Assembly: GCA_012295275.1 (NCBI GenBank)
Contig: CM022671.1
Span: 32,240,001-32,304,000, forward strand
Length of the DNA stretch: 64,000 nucleotides
Origin: Chrysomallon squamiferum
Lineage: Eukaryota; Animalia; Mollusca
Reading direction: 5' to 3'
Within the stretch, counting starts at the first letter, position 1, and every line of letters starts with the position of its first letter. The notes beneath the pieces were generated by a model. The model worked only from the letters and a program-made list of their open reading frames with translations. It had not been told where the DNA came from and ran no database searches. The position numbers were made by a program, and so were the translations under genes. Of the stretch, positions 1 through 38,660 are shown one piece after another.

Positions 1-816
1 TAGATTCATTTGGTTTCTGTGCTAGTAGTTACATTCATTCATTTTGGTGTCCTCATTGTTTTTCCTCTTCTTGTCCTTTTTCTTTTGTTTCTCAGTTTGT
101 CTTCCTCACCCTGTGTGTGCGTATGCTCTTTTCTTTTCTGTATATTATGTATTTTTCATTTCTGAGTTATTTTTATTATTTGTTAATTTTAAACTGTAAG
201 GCACTGATTGAAGATAGTATGGTTTTGATTATTATTATTATTATTATTTATTTATTTATTTTTTATTATTTGTTATTATTTGTTTTATTTTTTTATTTTT
301 TGGCATTGGATATTAAAATGGTGTCTAACCATAAATCAAATACAATTTTGCCCTGAGCATTTATTTATTTATTTTATTTTATTTTATTTTACTGAATTTT
401 TAATTTTTTAATTTTATTTAATTTTATTTATTTTTTTATTTTTTTTTGTTCTTGTTCTTGTTGCTCCATGACGCTGCAAATATTTTCAAACTAACAAATT
501 CCCAGGCTTGCATATTCCCTTTTCAAATTTTTTTTAAATGACATCTGATTGTAATTACTGCTTCTAGCTTTCAACAAAAAACCCTGCTTTTTACATTATG
601 TATTAACCATGTATGTGTTGCACATAAATTTGATTTGTTTGTCATGTTTTATGCCAGTGTCTTTTATTAGATCGCTGACAAATAATACAGCTTCCCATTA
701 GCGTAAAGTTACAACTGTAGTGTCACACACTTCATTAAACACAAGTAACACTGCTTACCATAATAATTAATTCAAACTGTAACTTCGACATTATAAAAGT
801 ATCAAGAGCTTTTAAA

Positions 817-854
<38 letters not shown>

Positions 855-2004
855 CTTTTTTTCTTTTTTTGCAAATGTTTTTCTAAAGCATTTAGTAAAA
901 TGATTTATAAAAAAATTTCTTAGGTAAAGCTACTGTAAAGCTTTGGTATATTTCAAGTTGAAGGTTTATTTTTCAGAATAAGCTGCCTCTATCTATCTGT
1001 GTCTTTTATTTCTCTCTCTCTACCTCCCCAACTATTTCTATTTTCTGTTTTATTTTCCTCTCACATTAAAATAGCAACCTTTTCTATAATTTTGTATTTA
1101 AATAGATCTTTTTTTTTTATCTTCTTTTTCTTCGAGGAAAAGAAAGAAAAAAAAGACAACAAAAAACACTTTATTTAATTTGGCAGCTCCAATCAAATGT
1201 TTTTTTTCTCCCCCGTCTTATAAAAATGGTGACATTCTCACTTCTTTGGAATAAATCAATGACGTGCTTTCAGTGAAGGAGGGAGTGACTCTTTGAACAT
1301 GTCTAATTTGTGCTGTTTCCCTGTGACAGTTTGTTTGGTAACTTTAGAATATCTTCTCAGGTTCAAGTCCTTTTGATGATCTCATTAAAGGCATCTGCTA
1401 GTCAGACTTTGAAGTTGTTTTCTAGTGTGACCCAGCAAAACCCAGGTCTGTGTTCACCAGATTACTGTAATCAGCTTTTGCTTGAAATGAAATGATAGGT
1501 TTATGTTGGAGATAACCATTTTGTTTTTGTAATGATATGTCGAATTATTTTTTTAAAAATAATTACTCATACATAGCCTGGGTCTCAATTAATTTGTAAT
1601 ATGGTCCCTTAAGCCATTCTGATTATTTTAACTGATTTTAATTTTCCTTTTCAGTTTGTTTTATTTCTGGCTAATGATTCAGTGTAATAATAATAAACAG
1701 GGTATTTCTGTAACTGGTGTATGTATTATATCTGCACACACCACAGTGGCAGTTTCATAGTACTGCAACCCTCTTAAATAAAGCCTTTGTGGTTGACTGG
1801 GTTTGTTGACTGGTGAGGCTATGTCCTGTGTTAAAAAGACAGTTTATCTGGAATACTTCACCCTTGAGACTAGCTGTATGGAGACATGTATTTGGATTAG
1901 GTGATAGATAAACAGTCACTGTGTCCCGGGGGAGTTGGTGAGATCAGTTGAGTTTATCTAGCCATGCTATTTAATTGATTCTGGATATTTGCAGCTGTAC
2001 ATAA

Positions 2005-2040
<36 letters not shown>

Positions 2041-2433
2041 CTCACTAACCTATCTTCTTCATTGACTAAGCCAGTAACTTGAAGACCTGTATGTTCGGGG
2101 ATCAAATCGAGGTATTAGTCTCAAACACAGTTGATTTCTAAAATTTTAAGATCGGTGCTTCATCAATTTTCTTTTAATCATTTGTCACTTACTAACAGTG
2201 TCTCAGTAGTTTATTGTTTCAGATATTGTTCTGCAGATATACAACCAGTTTTTTTTTTTTTTTCTTGTGGTTGTATTAGTATCTCATATAGCTGGTTGAA
2301 AAAATACTCCAAATAATGATTTCAGTGTCAGCTGAGAATGTTTTAATATTTTGAAGGTTTATTTATTTTTTTATTATTACTTATATTTTCTCACTGGTGG
2401 TGTTAAGAATGAGGGAATTTAATAATAACAACA

Positions 2434-2461
2434 GTGTGTGTGTGTGTGTGTGTCTGTGTGT

Positions 2462-2546
<85 letters not shown>
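2434..2546. repeat. (TG)n microsatellite
   Basis: Directly visible. Confidence 0.95.
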
Positions 2547-2547
<1 letters not shown>

Positions 2548-4965
2548 ATGTTTGGGTATGTGTTAAACAAAACTTATTTTATGTTATCCTAAAAAGGACC
2601 TCTAAAATATTTATGGCAGTAAATTCTATCTACACTTGATATCGTGCTGATGTTGATGTATAGCTGATGTAGTCAGCTGTCTATGTTTAGATATGATAAA
2701 AGCAAGTTTCTGTGTCATTATCATAATTGTGAATCATCACTTAGATTGGAATGTGTGTGACAAGATAGAAATCCTTAATTTATTTTATTTTTATTTAAAA
2801 TTTATATTTTTTTAAATTTTATTTTCATATTAATTTTCAAATTATTTATTGTTTAGGAAATTTTATTTCTTTTTTTTTTCAAACATTTTTTTTAATTAAT
2901 AATGTTGATGAGTGAATAATTAAGGTTTGAAACATAAAAATCATAAGTGTTATTTTAAACAAAATCATTGTGTAAACATGACAGAATAGTATAAAATTTA
3001 ATTTCGTTTTGATTCTTTTCTGAATAGATTGATATTTTGTAAGTGAATACTTTTTACGAATATGGAATTCTAATGCAAAACTACAAAGTTTGTAATTGTA
3101 TTTTTTCTGAACAAAGGAAAATTTCCATAGTCACAATGTTTTTCAAGCTAACAAAAAATCTATATTAAGAGCCAATAATAATAATAATGGCACAACCAAT
3201 TTTCTTTATACTTCTAAGTGCTTTTTTATTACTTAATTTTTTCCCCCTTAAATTATAATTATGCAATGACATGTGCTACATCCATTATACAACTAGCTTT
3301 TTTGTTATTGTTATTATTTTTATTTCTTAGACTATTTTGTATTCTTTGGTGTTCTGCAATTTGCACTTTCAATTATAGACGCTCATGATAGGCAATAAAT
3401 GGCATTGCTATTTAATTTGATCTGTGCACCATGGTGGCATATGCAGGTTCCTTTTTTCAGACTTCTGGATTATACCAAGGCCCCAGTGTTGCAAGCAAAT
3501 TGCTTTTATTGCCACTTCCAAGTGAATCACTTGAGCCAAAAAAAAAAAAAAAAAATGTAAAGGAAAAAGAAACATTCACATGGCTGTACATTTCTTCTGG
3601 ATGCTGTTCGTGGAAGATGTAAAATGAAAAGGACAGTGTGAGATAGTGCCTACAGCACTGCTAATAAAATCTTGTCATAGTGTAATAAATCTCAGAAGAG
3701 CAGTTTCCTGGCTTGGAATCTGTCCAGCCTGTCTTGTTGTAACACATTCACATGCTGCATGGTTACAACATGGGATCTCTTTATAGTCCTCACAATGTCG
3801 TAAGATTATTGCTTTTCCCCAGTGCAGTCATTTCCAAGTTAACCGTCTCAGGAATGAATTTGACTTGTAGGTCTGTATCTCATTGGCTTTGTTTCTTAAT
3901 GGCTTCTTACACAAGAATGTTAATATCAGGGTTTTCTAGGAGGTGATTTGGAGGAATGGGATTTCAGAGTGCTGGCTTTGGAAGTCATAAAGATGTTTCT
4001 CATCTTCTTTCTTCGTTTTATTAGATTTTTTAAACCTTGACTCTCAGGAATAGCATGTACATGTGTGTATAATGAGATAAGATTAAATTTTATGTTGATA
4101 ATTTCTTCTTTTTTTTCAAAAGTTAAAAATCCACATGGTCTTTCTCTCTCTCTCTTTTTTTTTCTTTTTCTTTTATGAGTCATTTTTATGTCAGAAAAAC
4201 AACTATAAACATTTGATAGGGTTTGGTTTTATTACTAGTACTTATTTATTTATTTTTTTGTAAAACTGGTAAAATAAACATTAATATCTTTGACAATCAC
4301 TGATATATATATATAAAAAAAAAAAAAATAATAATAATAGTAAAAAATAAAAAAATGTTGGTATTCTCAGATAAAAAACACTTTTTGTTTGATAAATTTA
4401 CTACCAGCAAGACACTTTTTGACTAATGAATGTAACCAAAACAAGAATCTCAAAAGATAATTGCTATATTACAGCTCGCTTGATCTTTATAATCATTGCC
4501 AAATAGTTGTTGTAGGGTGTAATTCAAAACACATTTCAGTACTTGATGTTTTTCATTTCAACTCTTTCTCTGTATAACACCCACCAGATGGGTACAACCG
4601 CCCACCCCACAGCTGCTGCTGGATTCATGTTCAGGCTATCTGTTTCAGTTATGACATCTTGAAGGTATCACTCACATTTGAAAAGACTTGTCTTGATTTG
4701 ATGTGAATGTCAGAATTATGTGCCAGCTGCGGGCACCATTCACCACGGTAACCTCATTTGCAGCCTGCACGTGCATTCCATAAAAGTTTGCACATGGCAA
4801 ATAACAATGTGCAGGTTTCCCATTAGCAACAAACTTAGCTCACTAAGGCTGAGCATTTTTTTCAAATGAGAAAAACCTGATGTATGAATTTACACATATT
4901 ATTTCCATATGTACTACAGTTATTCCTCTTCTGCCTGCTGGCTTTATATGGACTATGGTTTTGCA

Positions 4966-5108
4966 TGATCATTTTGTTTACATTATTATTAAACATAAAA
5001 AAATGTATTATACTCTGTTATGTGATTATTATTTACATTATTATTAAACATTGAACATTTATTATACTCTATTGTGTGATCATTGCTTACATTTTTATTA
5101 AACTTTAA
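4966..5108. repeat. Degenerate tandem repeat, ~52-57 bp x ~3
   Basis: Recurring tgat..tt..ttacattattattaaac...tattatactct. Confidence 0.6.
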
Positions 5109-5109
5109 C

Positions 5110-5315
5110 ACTTAGTTTATTTTATTTAATAACACTGTGGTGAATGGTGTTTCATCACACAGATTAATTTTTCTAGTGGAAACCAACCATTTTTATATAT
5201 TCAAAATTAGTCTGCAGATAAAAACCCTGTGAGTTTTTCTGTATACAGAAAGGGACCTTTTATATGCATCTTCCCACAGACATTAAATGCATTTTGCTGT
5301 GATATTTGATAATAA
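5110..5315. mobile_element. Decayed interspersed-repeat (SINE-like) fragment
   Basis: aagggaccttttatatgcatcttcccacagaca resembles, from recall, the core of an abundant gastropod SINE-like repeat; not verified by search. Confidence 0.35.
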
Positions 5316-8300
5316 AAAAATTATCTTACATTTTATGGTAATACAAAAATCAAATGAAAAGCTGATAAACACTCATTCATTCATTAAAAATAAAATAAAA
5401 ACATATCTATAAAATGTATTCACGATTTCAAATATATTTTATTAAGGTTTTTATCATTTTTTGTTACAGAAAGATAACCTCAGAAAGCTTTTATTTTATA
5501 AAAGATTATCAATATGAATAACATTCAGATATTAAAGTAAAAATAAAAATAAAATCCTTGGAGTGGTTTTTATGGATTATTTGTAATTTATATAACAGAA
5601 TATTAAGAAGTGGTACTCAGTACCCTGAGGATATTTATATCAGTGTGTTATTTATAAAAATGTGAGAGACAGAACATCAATAGTAATCTTTAACACACAT
5701 AATCTTTCCTTCAGGGTCTATAATGGTCTGATAATAGAAAAAAAGAGTTAATAAATCTTGAACAGAAAGACTTTACAGTTAAGATATTTCAAAAGCAGTG
5801 AAAAAAAAAAAAAAAAAAAAATGGAAAAACAGTAATCTTTATCAGAGGATACATAGCTGCTGGAAAATACTGTGGATTTTCTTTCACCTTTAGTTTTATT
5901 TTTATTTTTAATTTAGTTTTGTATTGTTGGTTTTAAAAAAATATACATATATATTTATACATGTTTCTCCAAGTTTCTGAATTTACCACTTTATTTTTCA
6001 GAATAGAATATAATTCTGAATATTGAAAAATGAATAGCATTTTCTGTAATGCCAAAAAATAAGCATATATACATACATATAAATCTGTTGGAAACCAAAT
6101 ACTGTTGACGTTTGTATCAAAGTTGTTTTTATTTATTTATTTTAAATCACAAGTACACACCTAAATATAAATTATATATAAGTTCTTTTTAAAAGTGAGA
6201 ATTATCTTCTTCCAGCATGCATTGCTTATTTTCTAAAAACTTTATCAACCTTTTTCCTTCTTAAACAGTAATTTACTTATACTTGTTATTGCTGTTAGGA
6301 AACAGAATACCTTGGTTGTTGGGGCAAGTGGACCGAGGTAATTGAAAGATTGAAGAGTGTTTAATTTACAAGTGAACCCCCCACAGATAAAAACTCTACA
6401 CAATCTGCTTAATTATCATAGCAGACTTGGCAGCTGCCGCGCTAAGCAGATATCTTAATGGTATTTTGTTTAGTTGTTTTATCTCCATTAGCTGTGAATT
6501 TACAATTCCACCCACCATCCATGTTGGTCTTGAAGCCAGCTTCAGAATTATCCCATGGAGTTGTCTCTCTGTTTTATGATTATTATTATTATTATTATTT
6601 GTTTATATTCTTTCTCTCTTATTCTTTTTTTTTTTTTTTTTTTTTGCCTTTTTTTTTTTCTATATATGAAGGAGTACTTGAGCTTGGCTCTTGAAGACAC
6701 TAGAAAGAAGGAAAACTTCTCAATTGTTTTGCTGTTGGCATATCTCCTGTATGTTTTCTGTGTCAAGTGTTGTATGCTGGTGTACAGATTACAGAGCTGG
6801 GATTGTGTTAATTGTGAAGAACCTTACTTTACCACCAGTCAGTCAAACTGTTATGGAAACCAATCTGCACTATTAATCTTCCCTGTGTGTATGTAGTTAT
6901 GATTAGAGTGGAGTTAGGATGTTATATGCTTTATTACTATTATTATTATTATTATTACATATAATTATTTATTTATTTACTCTTCTGTGTTATGTAAGCA
7001 GAGTTGAAGAGATTCTGTTCTAGAAGATTAAAAGATTTAAATACATCACACTACATGATTTTTAAGGGGTGTTCGGTAATTATTATTATTATTATTATTT
7101 TACATTATATCTATGTTGTAGAAAACAAGGGATTTTGTTGTGTCTAACACAGATTTATAATAAATAGCAATAGAGAAATGTAGGAGGTGGTTTGGTGTGT
7201 TATTCATTCATTATGGAGCTTTAATCTTGTGTGCTTTCAAAAAATCTGGAATTACAATGATAAAGAAGAGGACACCAGTAAAAAAAAAAAAAAAAATAGA
7301 TAAATAAATAAACAAATAATAAAAATTGTGCAAATAGTATATACTAAAATAGAAAAATAATTAAATGTACATATTTTGAAGTTTAATTTTTATTGTAGAT
7401 GAGAAAAGAAGTTGATTTTCTGTTTAATTCTTCCAAAACTTTATATTTTGATCCTCCACGATCATCTTGTTAAAAACATTCATCTGTACTTGACAAACTC
7501 TGTACAGACTGAGTCATTAAACTTCACTATCGCATCTGTTGCTGATCCCCTGGTGTGACAAGCTTGGTTATGTTGCTGTGTTTGTAATGTAGATAAAAAT
7601 TAAAAACAGTGTGGCTGGGGGTAAAATAAAAACAGTAAAATGTTTAAACTATGTGAGACATTTTATCTAGATACACTGGATAAACCTTAATATTGACTGA
7701 GAAAAAAAAAAAAATATAAAATCCCTCAGAAAAACATAGTATCTCTATCATAATAATAATAATAATGATATAGATAAATATTAAATGCAAAAAGAAACAA
7801 ACACTGGGAGAACTAAAACGAATAAAACGCCTGTTGATAAATAGTATGTTACTATTTTATTACATGTGGTAGTAATGAAAACATTGTAAGTAGCAAGTAA
7901 CAGTATCAAATTTTTCTGCCACCAAGTATTATTTTATGTAGTAGATGCAAATTGAGTAACATCTGCTGTCACATTCATTGGTTCTCACATCAAATCTTTT
8001 AGGATGCGGTAATAAAACAGAGCAGGCAGGGTATTAAATTTCTTATGTATGTTTAAGTTTTTAATTTTGATTACAGTTTGTGTACTCATTACTTATTTAT
8101 TTGTTAGTTTTTTTTTTTTTTTTTTTTTTTAGTAGTAGTAGGAATTGTGATAGTAGTCAGAGTTATATATTTATTATTATCATTATTGTTGTTGTTGTTG
8201 TTGTTATTTTAAATGTAGGTATGATTCAAATACAAATCCATGGTGAGCCTGCTGTTACAAACTGACTTTTTCATTGCGTTGTCTAGAAGTATTGATATTT

Positions 8301-8861
8301 CTCACTTAGATTTCAGCTTGGGAGAATGTTTAACTTGAGTGAAATGAGAGAAACGGGGGTAAGTCCCTGAAAAGCTGGGATCAATAGTTTGTCCCAGACA
8401 TGGTTTATCAGGATATCTGTAATTTCAACCCTTAGTCTATAGTTTAGTAAAGAGAAGTTTATCTTTTCCATAATTCAGAGCACACAGTAATTCAGAAGAC
8501 TAATTGCCTATGGTCAGTCAATCGATCTTCTTCATTGTGTTGTATGTCAGTATCATGCTGAATCTACCACTTTGTGTTCTTTTATCACACACCATATGTT
8601 GTGTATTCAGTTCTACGTATGTGAAGCAGAAAATAAAATTACCTGCTGTTATTCAAAACTTGGGGGTTCAAATGCTGAAGTTTGTTTACTCATTTGTTTC
8701 TCATTTCCTATATATAAATAAAATAAAACAGAAAAAAAAAAAAAATATATATATATATTTTTTTTTTTTTGTTTTATTTTATTTATTTAGTTAGTTATTT
8801 ATTATTATTATTTAGCTTCTGTTTTGTTCACATTTCTTTACCTTCTTATTCTTTTTTCTGT

Positions 8862-8863
<2 letters not shown>

Positions 8864-8946
<83 letters not shown>
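8864..8946. repeat. (TC)n microsatellite
   Basis: Directly visible. Confidence 0.95.
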
Positions 8947-8951
<5 letters not shown>

Positions 8952-10621
8952 GTCTGTCTCATTATCTCACATATTTCACATATCTCTTGTTCTTGTTATC
9001 TCTTTCTTTCTAAGTAAAAAATCTGCATGTACATTCTTTTGACTAAAATACCATGTGTTACGAACAGAAAAGCATTGCCTCTCCTGTTTTCTCCATTGAG
9101 ATAATAAGTATTACATCACATATATGTCCTCAACTCATTTACTACTTCTTTTTTTTAACACTTGTTTACTTCAGTAAGCTAACCATACAGGCTATGTATT
9201 ATCTGTGTTCAGTGATAGTGTGTCTGTGCTTGTGTGTGGTAATGAAAGGTGTTGTTTGAATTACTACCTTCTGAGAACACACTGGCCTTTACATTTTCCA
9301 CTCCCATGTGGAAAACCTGACACCTGCAAAAGATATTTGTGGTATTCTGGGGAGAATTTTATACGATTTGAGTTCAGGAACAGATGGTATTTGTTTCTTG
9401 ATAATTTGATACCGAAATCTGCATAAATGTGAAATAAAAAGTTTCAGATGAATAATTTTAAAAGCAAAGAATCCATAGTTTTAATGGACAGGAAGATAAT
9501 TGAGAATTTTTATTATCAGTAAGTGGATAAATGAACAAATAAATAAATGTTACGTATCAGATATGTGTTTCTTGTATAATGTTACAAAATGATAAACAAT
9601 TGGCTCTGCATGTTACTTTCATCAGTTACTGGTATGAAACTGTAAGAACTAAACATAGATAGAAAAACAAATACTGCAAGCTTTAACAAACTAGTCACAG
9701 GCAAGAACGTAGAAACAGCTCAGTGGGTGCACTGAAGAGCACTGATCCATTGTACCACAGATCAGTTCTCTAAATTTCAAGTTACAACCAGGATTGTATG
9801 AAACAGTGAATAAAAAACACAGAAGAAAATAACTGACAGGAAATGAACACCAGTATTTTAACATTGCGGCTAAATAACTAAAAGAGCAAAGCAGTGCAGC
9901 TACATCCACATTGTTCATTCAAGATAAAAAAATAAATAACTGGGGCTATACTTTTATTTTTTGTTTCTGCCAAGGAGTCCATATGTTGAAGTAATGTATA
10001 CCATAAGTGAAAACATATCTCAGGTGGGCCACAATGAAAATCATTTGTTGAAAAACATGAAGTCTCTTTGAAAAATGGTGTTATGGTATCCTTTCTGCCA
10101 TTTCCTGAAGGTTTCTAAATGCCTAGCGAGGCCAGCAGTGTTGTGCCCAAGAAAACAATTCCTTCCCAATTAGCGAGAGTACCAAAGTAGCTACTGGCGG
10201 TGTAAACACAAGTTTATAACTTTTCTGTTGGGCGGTGTTTAATGTTCATGCTGTAATGGGAAACATCTGCGAGGATATGGCAAATTGAAGTTTTCGTAAC
10301 AAACCCTTTAAAAAACAAATGTTAGTCATTTTCAATCTCTAATTCAGATGTGTACAGCTGAAAATTGCTAACAGATGAACTGTCTGTCAAAATAACAAAT
10401 CTAAATTTGTTCTTACTTTGTTTTTTTAATGCATTTTGTGTTGAATTATTTTTTAATAATACTACAGAAATTCAGTCATTCTTTTGTTACATTCACTAGT
10501 AGAATAACGATGTTTCTTTCATATTTCCAAAACAGTAAATCTTTTCTTAAAACACACCATAAGAATATAATATTTTATATAATGATTCTTTTTTAATTAT
10601 ATTTTTAATAATTCAAATTTT

Positions 10622-10748
10622 TTTAATCACCGGCTGTTGAATATCAAACATTCTTTTGGTGTTTTTTCTGACATTATTTTCAGTGGAAGGAAATACATTT
10701 TCCATTAACAACATACCATGGCCTTTGATATTTATCAGTTGTGTAGCC
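10622..10748. mobile_element. Decayed interspersed-repeat (SINE-like) fragment, probably the same family as 5110-5315
   Basis: ttaatcaccggctgttgaatatcaaaca...tacattttccatta...acataccatggcctttgata resembles the same recalled repeat; not verified. Confidence 0.35.
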
Positions 10749-11974
10749 AAGTTTTAAAATTCAATCCTGATTCAAAGGTTCTTTATTCACTTTATTCTTC
10801 AACCACATTAGAATATATTTATCAAAACACTGAATTTGTCACAAATGCTTCTTTCATTTTGTCATTTAGAAAAGGTTAAAACTATCTAAGGGCAGCATAA
10901 GTTCTGATTAAAATTCAAATTTGACGAATTATTATTGTTGTTAATTTTATTTTTATTTGCATACCAGTGAAATATGCTGAACTGTACTGACATATAAATG
11001 AGATTAAAATTTGAGGTTTGGTCATGTGTATTATTATTAATTTATAAAAAAAAAAAATATATATATTTTAAAAAAATAAATAAAAAATAAAAAGAAATTG
11101 TTGCATGTATTGTTAATTTATTAAATTGTTTGACTTAAAAAAATAATATAAAAAATATAAATTGGTAGTTTTATACAATTACAGTCATTATGGGATATAT
11201 AATTTGTCTCGTTTTTCTTTTTTGTTCACAGTGAAAATATAGAAGAAAAAATATTCCTTGGATTTGTTATATCTTTATTATTTTATTTCTTTCTAATTTT
11301 TATTATTTTTATTTATTTATTTATTTATTTATTTATTTTTGTTTCTATCTCAATAGTCTGCTCAAAATAATGCCAAATGTAAGAGTAAAAATATTTCTTA
11401 TCTTCTTTTCTGATTAAATTGACCAAAAAAACTTTATGTCAAACGTTTCACAAAAAAAAATTCTGACTCAAAAAGATTGCTTAGAATAATGCAAAATGCA
11501 GAGTAAAAAAAAAGAAGTTTTTAAGGAAATTTCTAAATCAGAGTAATGCAAAATAGAGAAGTAAAAGAAAAAAAAAAAAAGAAGAAGAAAAAGATCTCTT
11601 AACTACTTTCTAAATCAAACTGACAACAATAAATTTCAGATAACTCCCCCTTTTTATAACCAAGAGTAAACATAATTACAAGTGCCAGTAATTACGAAAG
11701 CTTTGAGCAACACCTATTTCACAAGTCTTGTTTAAACTCCACTGAATTAACACTTGCACCCAGGGAACTTGTCAATAGTTGAGGTGCACCTATTCAACTC
11801 TGAATGTGCCAAATGCATGATGGTGATACACACACACACAGTTTGCTATGGAAAACAGATCTCTGGTTATTGTATGGTCTGGCCTGAGTGGTAGTAGTGG
11901 GTGTGATGTAGTGTTCATGTAGAAATAAAAAAAAAGACTTAACAAGAACAGAGACAGGCATGAGTTAGCTAATA

Positions 11975-12560
11975 CAGAAGTAAAGATGTGTAGTCTGGTA
12001 TAACAGTAGAAATAAAGATGCTGTAGTCTTGTATAACAGTAGTGTATCAGAATTAAGAATGAAGTAATATTCATACTGAAATAAAAAGTTATATCAGAAT
12101 AGTGAAGTAATATTGTATGAAAAAAGTAGTATATCAGGATTAAGAATGAAGTAATATTCATCCAGAAATAAAGATGCTGTAGTCTTGTATAACAGTAGTA
12201 TATCAGAATTAAGAGTGAAGTAATATTCATACTGAAATAATGTTACTATAGTGTTGTATAACAGTAGTATATCGGGATTAAGAGTGAAGTAATATTCATA
12301 CTGAAATAATGTTGCTGTGGTCTTTGTATAATAATAGTTGAGGATTAACAGTGAGGTAATATTCATACTGAAATAGTGCCCCACTACACCATTGTGGTTG
12401 TAAAAGTAAGATAATATTCATCTTCAAATGAAGACCATTTCCCATAAGTTTTTGTGTTGTAAAGGTGAGGTAATATTCAGGTTGAAATAAAGATTGCTTT
12501 CCATAATATAGGCTGGTCCTGTGATTGTAAGAGTATGGTAATATTCATGTTGAAATAAAA
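11975..12560. repeat. Minisatellite, ~69-bp unit, ~9 copies, decaying toward the 3' end
   Basis: gtaatattca anchor at 12064, 12151, 12220, 12289, 12356, 12470 and 12538; explains ORFs 11790-12230 and 12094-12384. Confidence 0.88.
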
Positions 12561-14065
12561 GGGCTTCAAAGACTTGCAGTGCCTGTTTGATCTGTGTTGG
12601 TACATTACTTAATAAGGCACTAGAGTGTTAAAAGATAAAACCTTTAACATATGTAGTCTCTTGCTGATAGGGTTGCTCATTGAAGCAGTTAAATACAGAA
12701 TGAACTTGTTAAGCTGATTGAAGGAAGAATATGCCTGATGTGCAGTAGATTTTGGATCTGTTCTTGCAACCCTGTTATTTAATTTCTTTCTGTCTTCCAT
12801 TTTTTTTTTTTTTTTGAAAAAAACATTATTTATACATTTATTTATAATATTTATTTATTTATGTACTTATTTATAATTTTTATTTATTTATGTATTTATT
12901 TATGATTATTACATTTTTTTTTTCCTATCTGTTTGTTTTATTATTAAATGTCTGAAAGAATTCAGGATGCTTAACAAAATATGACTAACTGAAATAACTT
13001 AATTACATATTTTAATGAGAATTTCATCTTCTTTACATCATATATCGAAGTTAATCGATAAAAAGGATTTAGAGAACCACATTAATGTTAATTAATACAA
13101 ATAAATAACCCAAGGCAGAGAGAATAAAAAAGCAGTAGGACTTTCTGGAACCATTTTGTCATCTATTCAAATTCATTAGGTGTTTGTTTTTTTCTAAGCA
13201 AGAAGATTTGATGACAAAAGCAGAGGCTCAAGTTAAATTACAGTTATTTGCTGGAACCTTTTTGTAATCTGTTCACTGATATAATTCTGTTTATTTATTT
13301 ATTTTTATTTAGTTAGTTAGTTGGTTAGTTAGTTAGTTTTTGATAGTAGTGGTTTAAAATCTGCAAATTCTATTACGTCCACTGTGGCTTTAGGGAGCCA
13401 TTTTGACATCTATCCATTGTTTAGATATAACTGTTTTTCTTCTTCTATTTACTCCAGTTCTATTTGTTTCCCATTGAGCAATGTGTTCATTACATTGGTT
13501 TGTGTGTATCTTTCTGTGTTTACCTTGTGTTTTAATGTTTGTTTTGTACATGGATGGATTGTTGGATTTTGTTACAGTCTGCAGCAAAATGGCAGCTGCA
13601 GTGTTTGCTGTGGCACCTTCCTTGTGATGTTTTAATTCATTGTGTGTGTAAAAATGTTGACCTTGAATCACTGAACAATTCCAGAAAAAAAAAAAAGTTT
13701 TAAAATTTATTTTGGGTGTGTTAATGAGAGATGTGTCAATTTGAATTGTTCAGTGGGTGAAAGAATAGATGAGAAAAATATTTCTGAAAATGACATGACT
13801 GAATGGAATATACATTGTAGTTCATTATTATTGTTGTTGTTTGTTATGTTTATATCCACTGTCCTAACATACTCTGTCATATTTTTGTTTTTTAACATTT
13901 CACCTCCTTGAAGATTCATGTAGACTTTGTTACAGTAATTATTATTTTTTTTTTCTTGCTTGATTTCATGATTTTTTTCCTTTTGTATATTAACACATGA
14001 AAAATACAAATGTTATTTATTTTTGGTGAAATGGTAATTAATTTAATTTTTTTTTATTATTGCAG

Positions 14066-38660
<24,595 letters not shown>

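Noticed and set aside
11790-12384. ORFs of 146 and 96 aa and a CRISPR-like repeat appearance
   Set aside because: Products of a tandem minisatellite in a eukaryotic intron; the spacers are homologous to each other and there are no cas genes.
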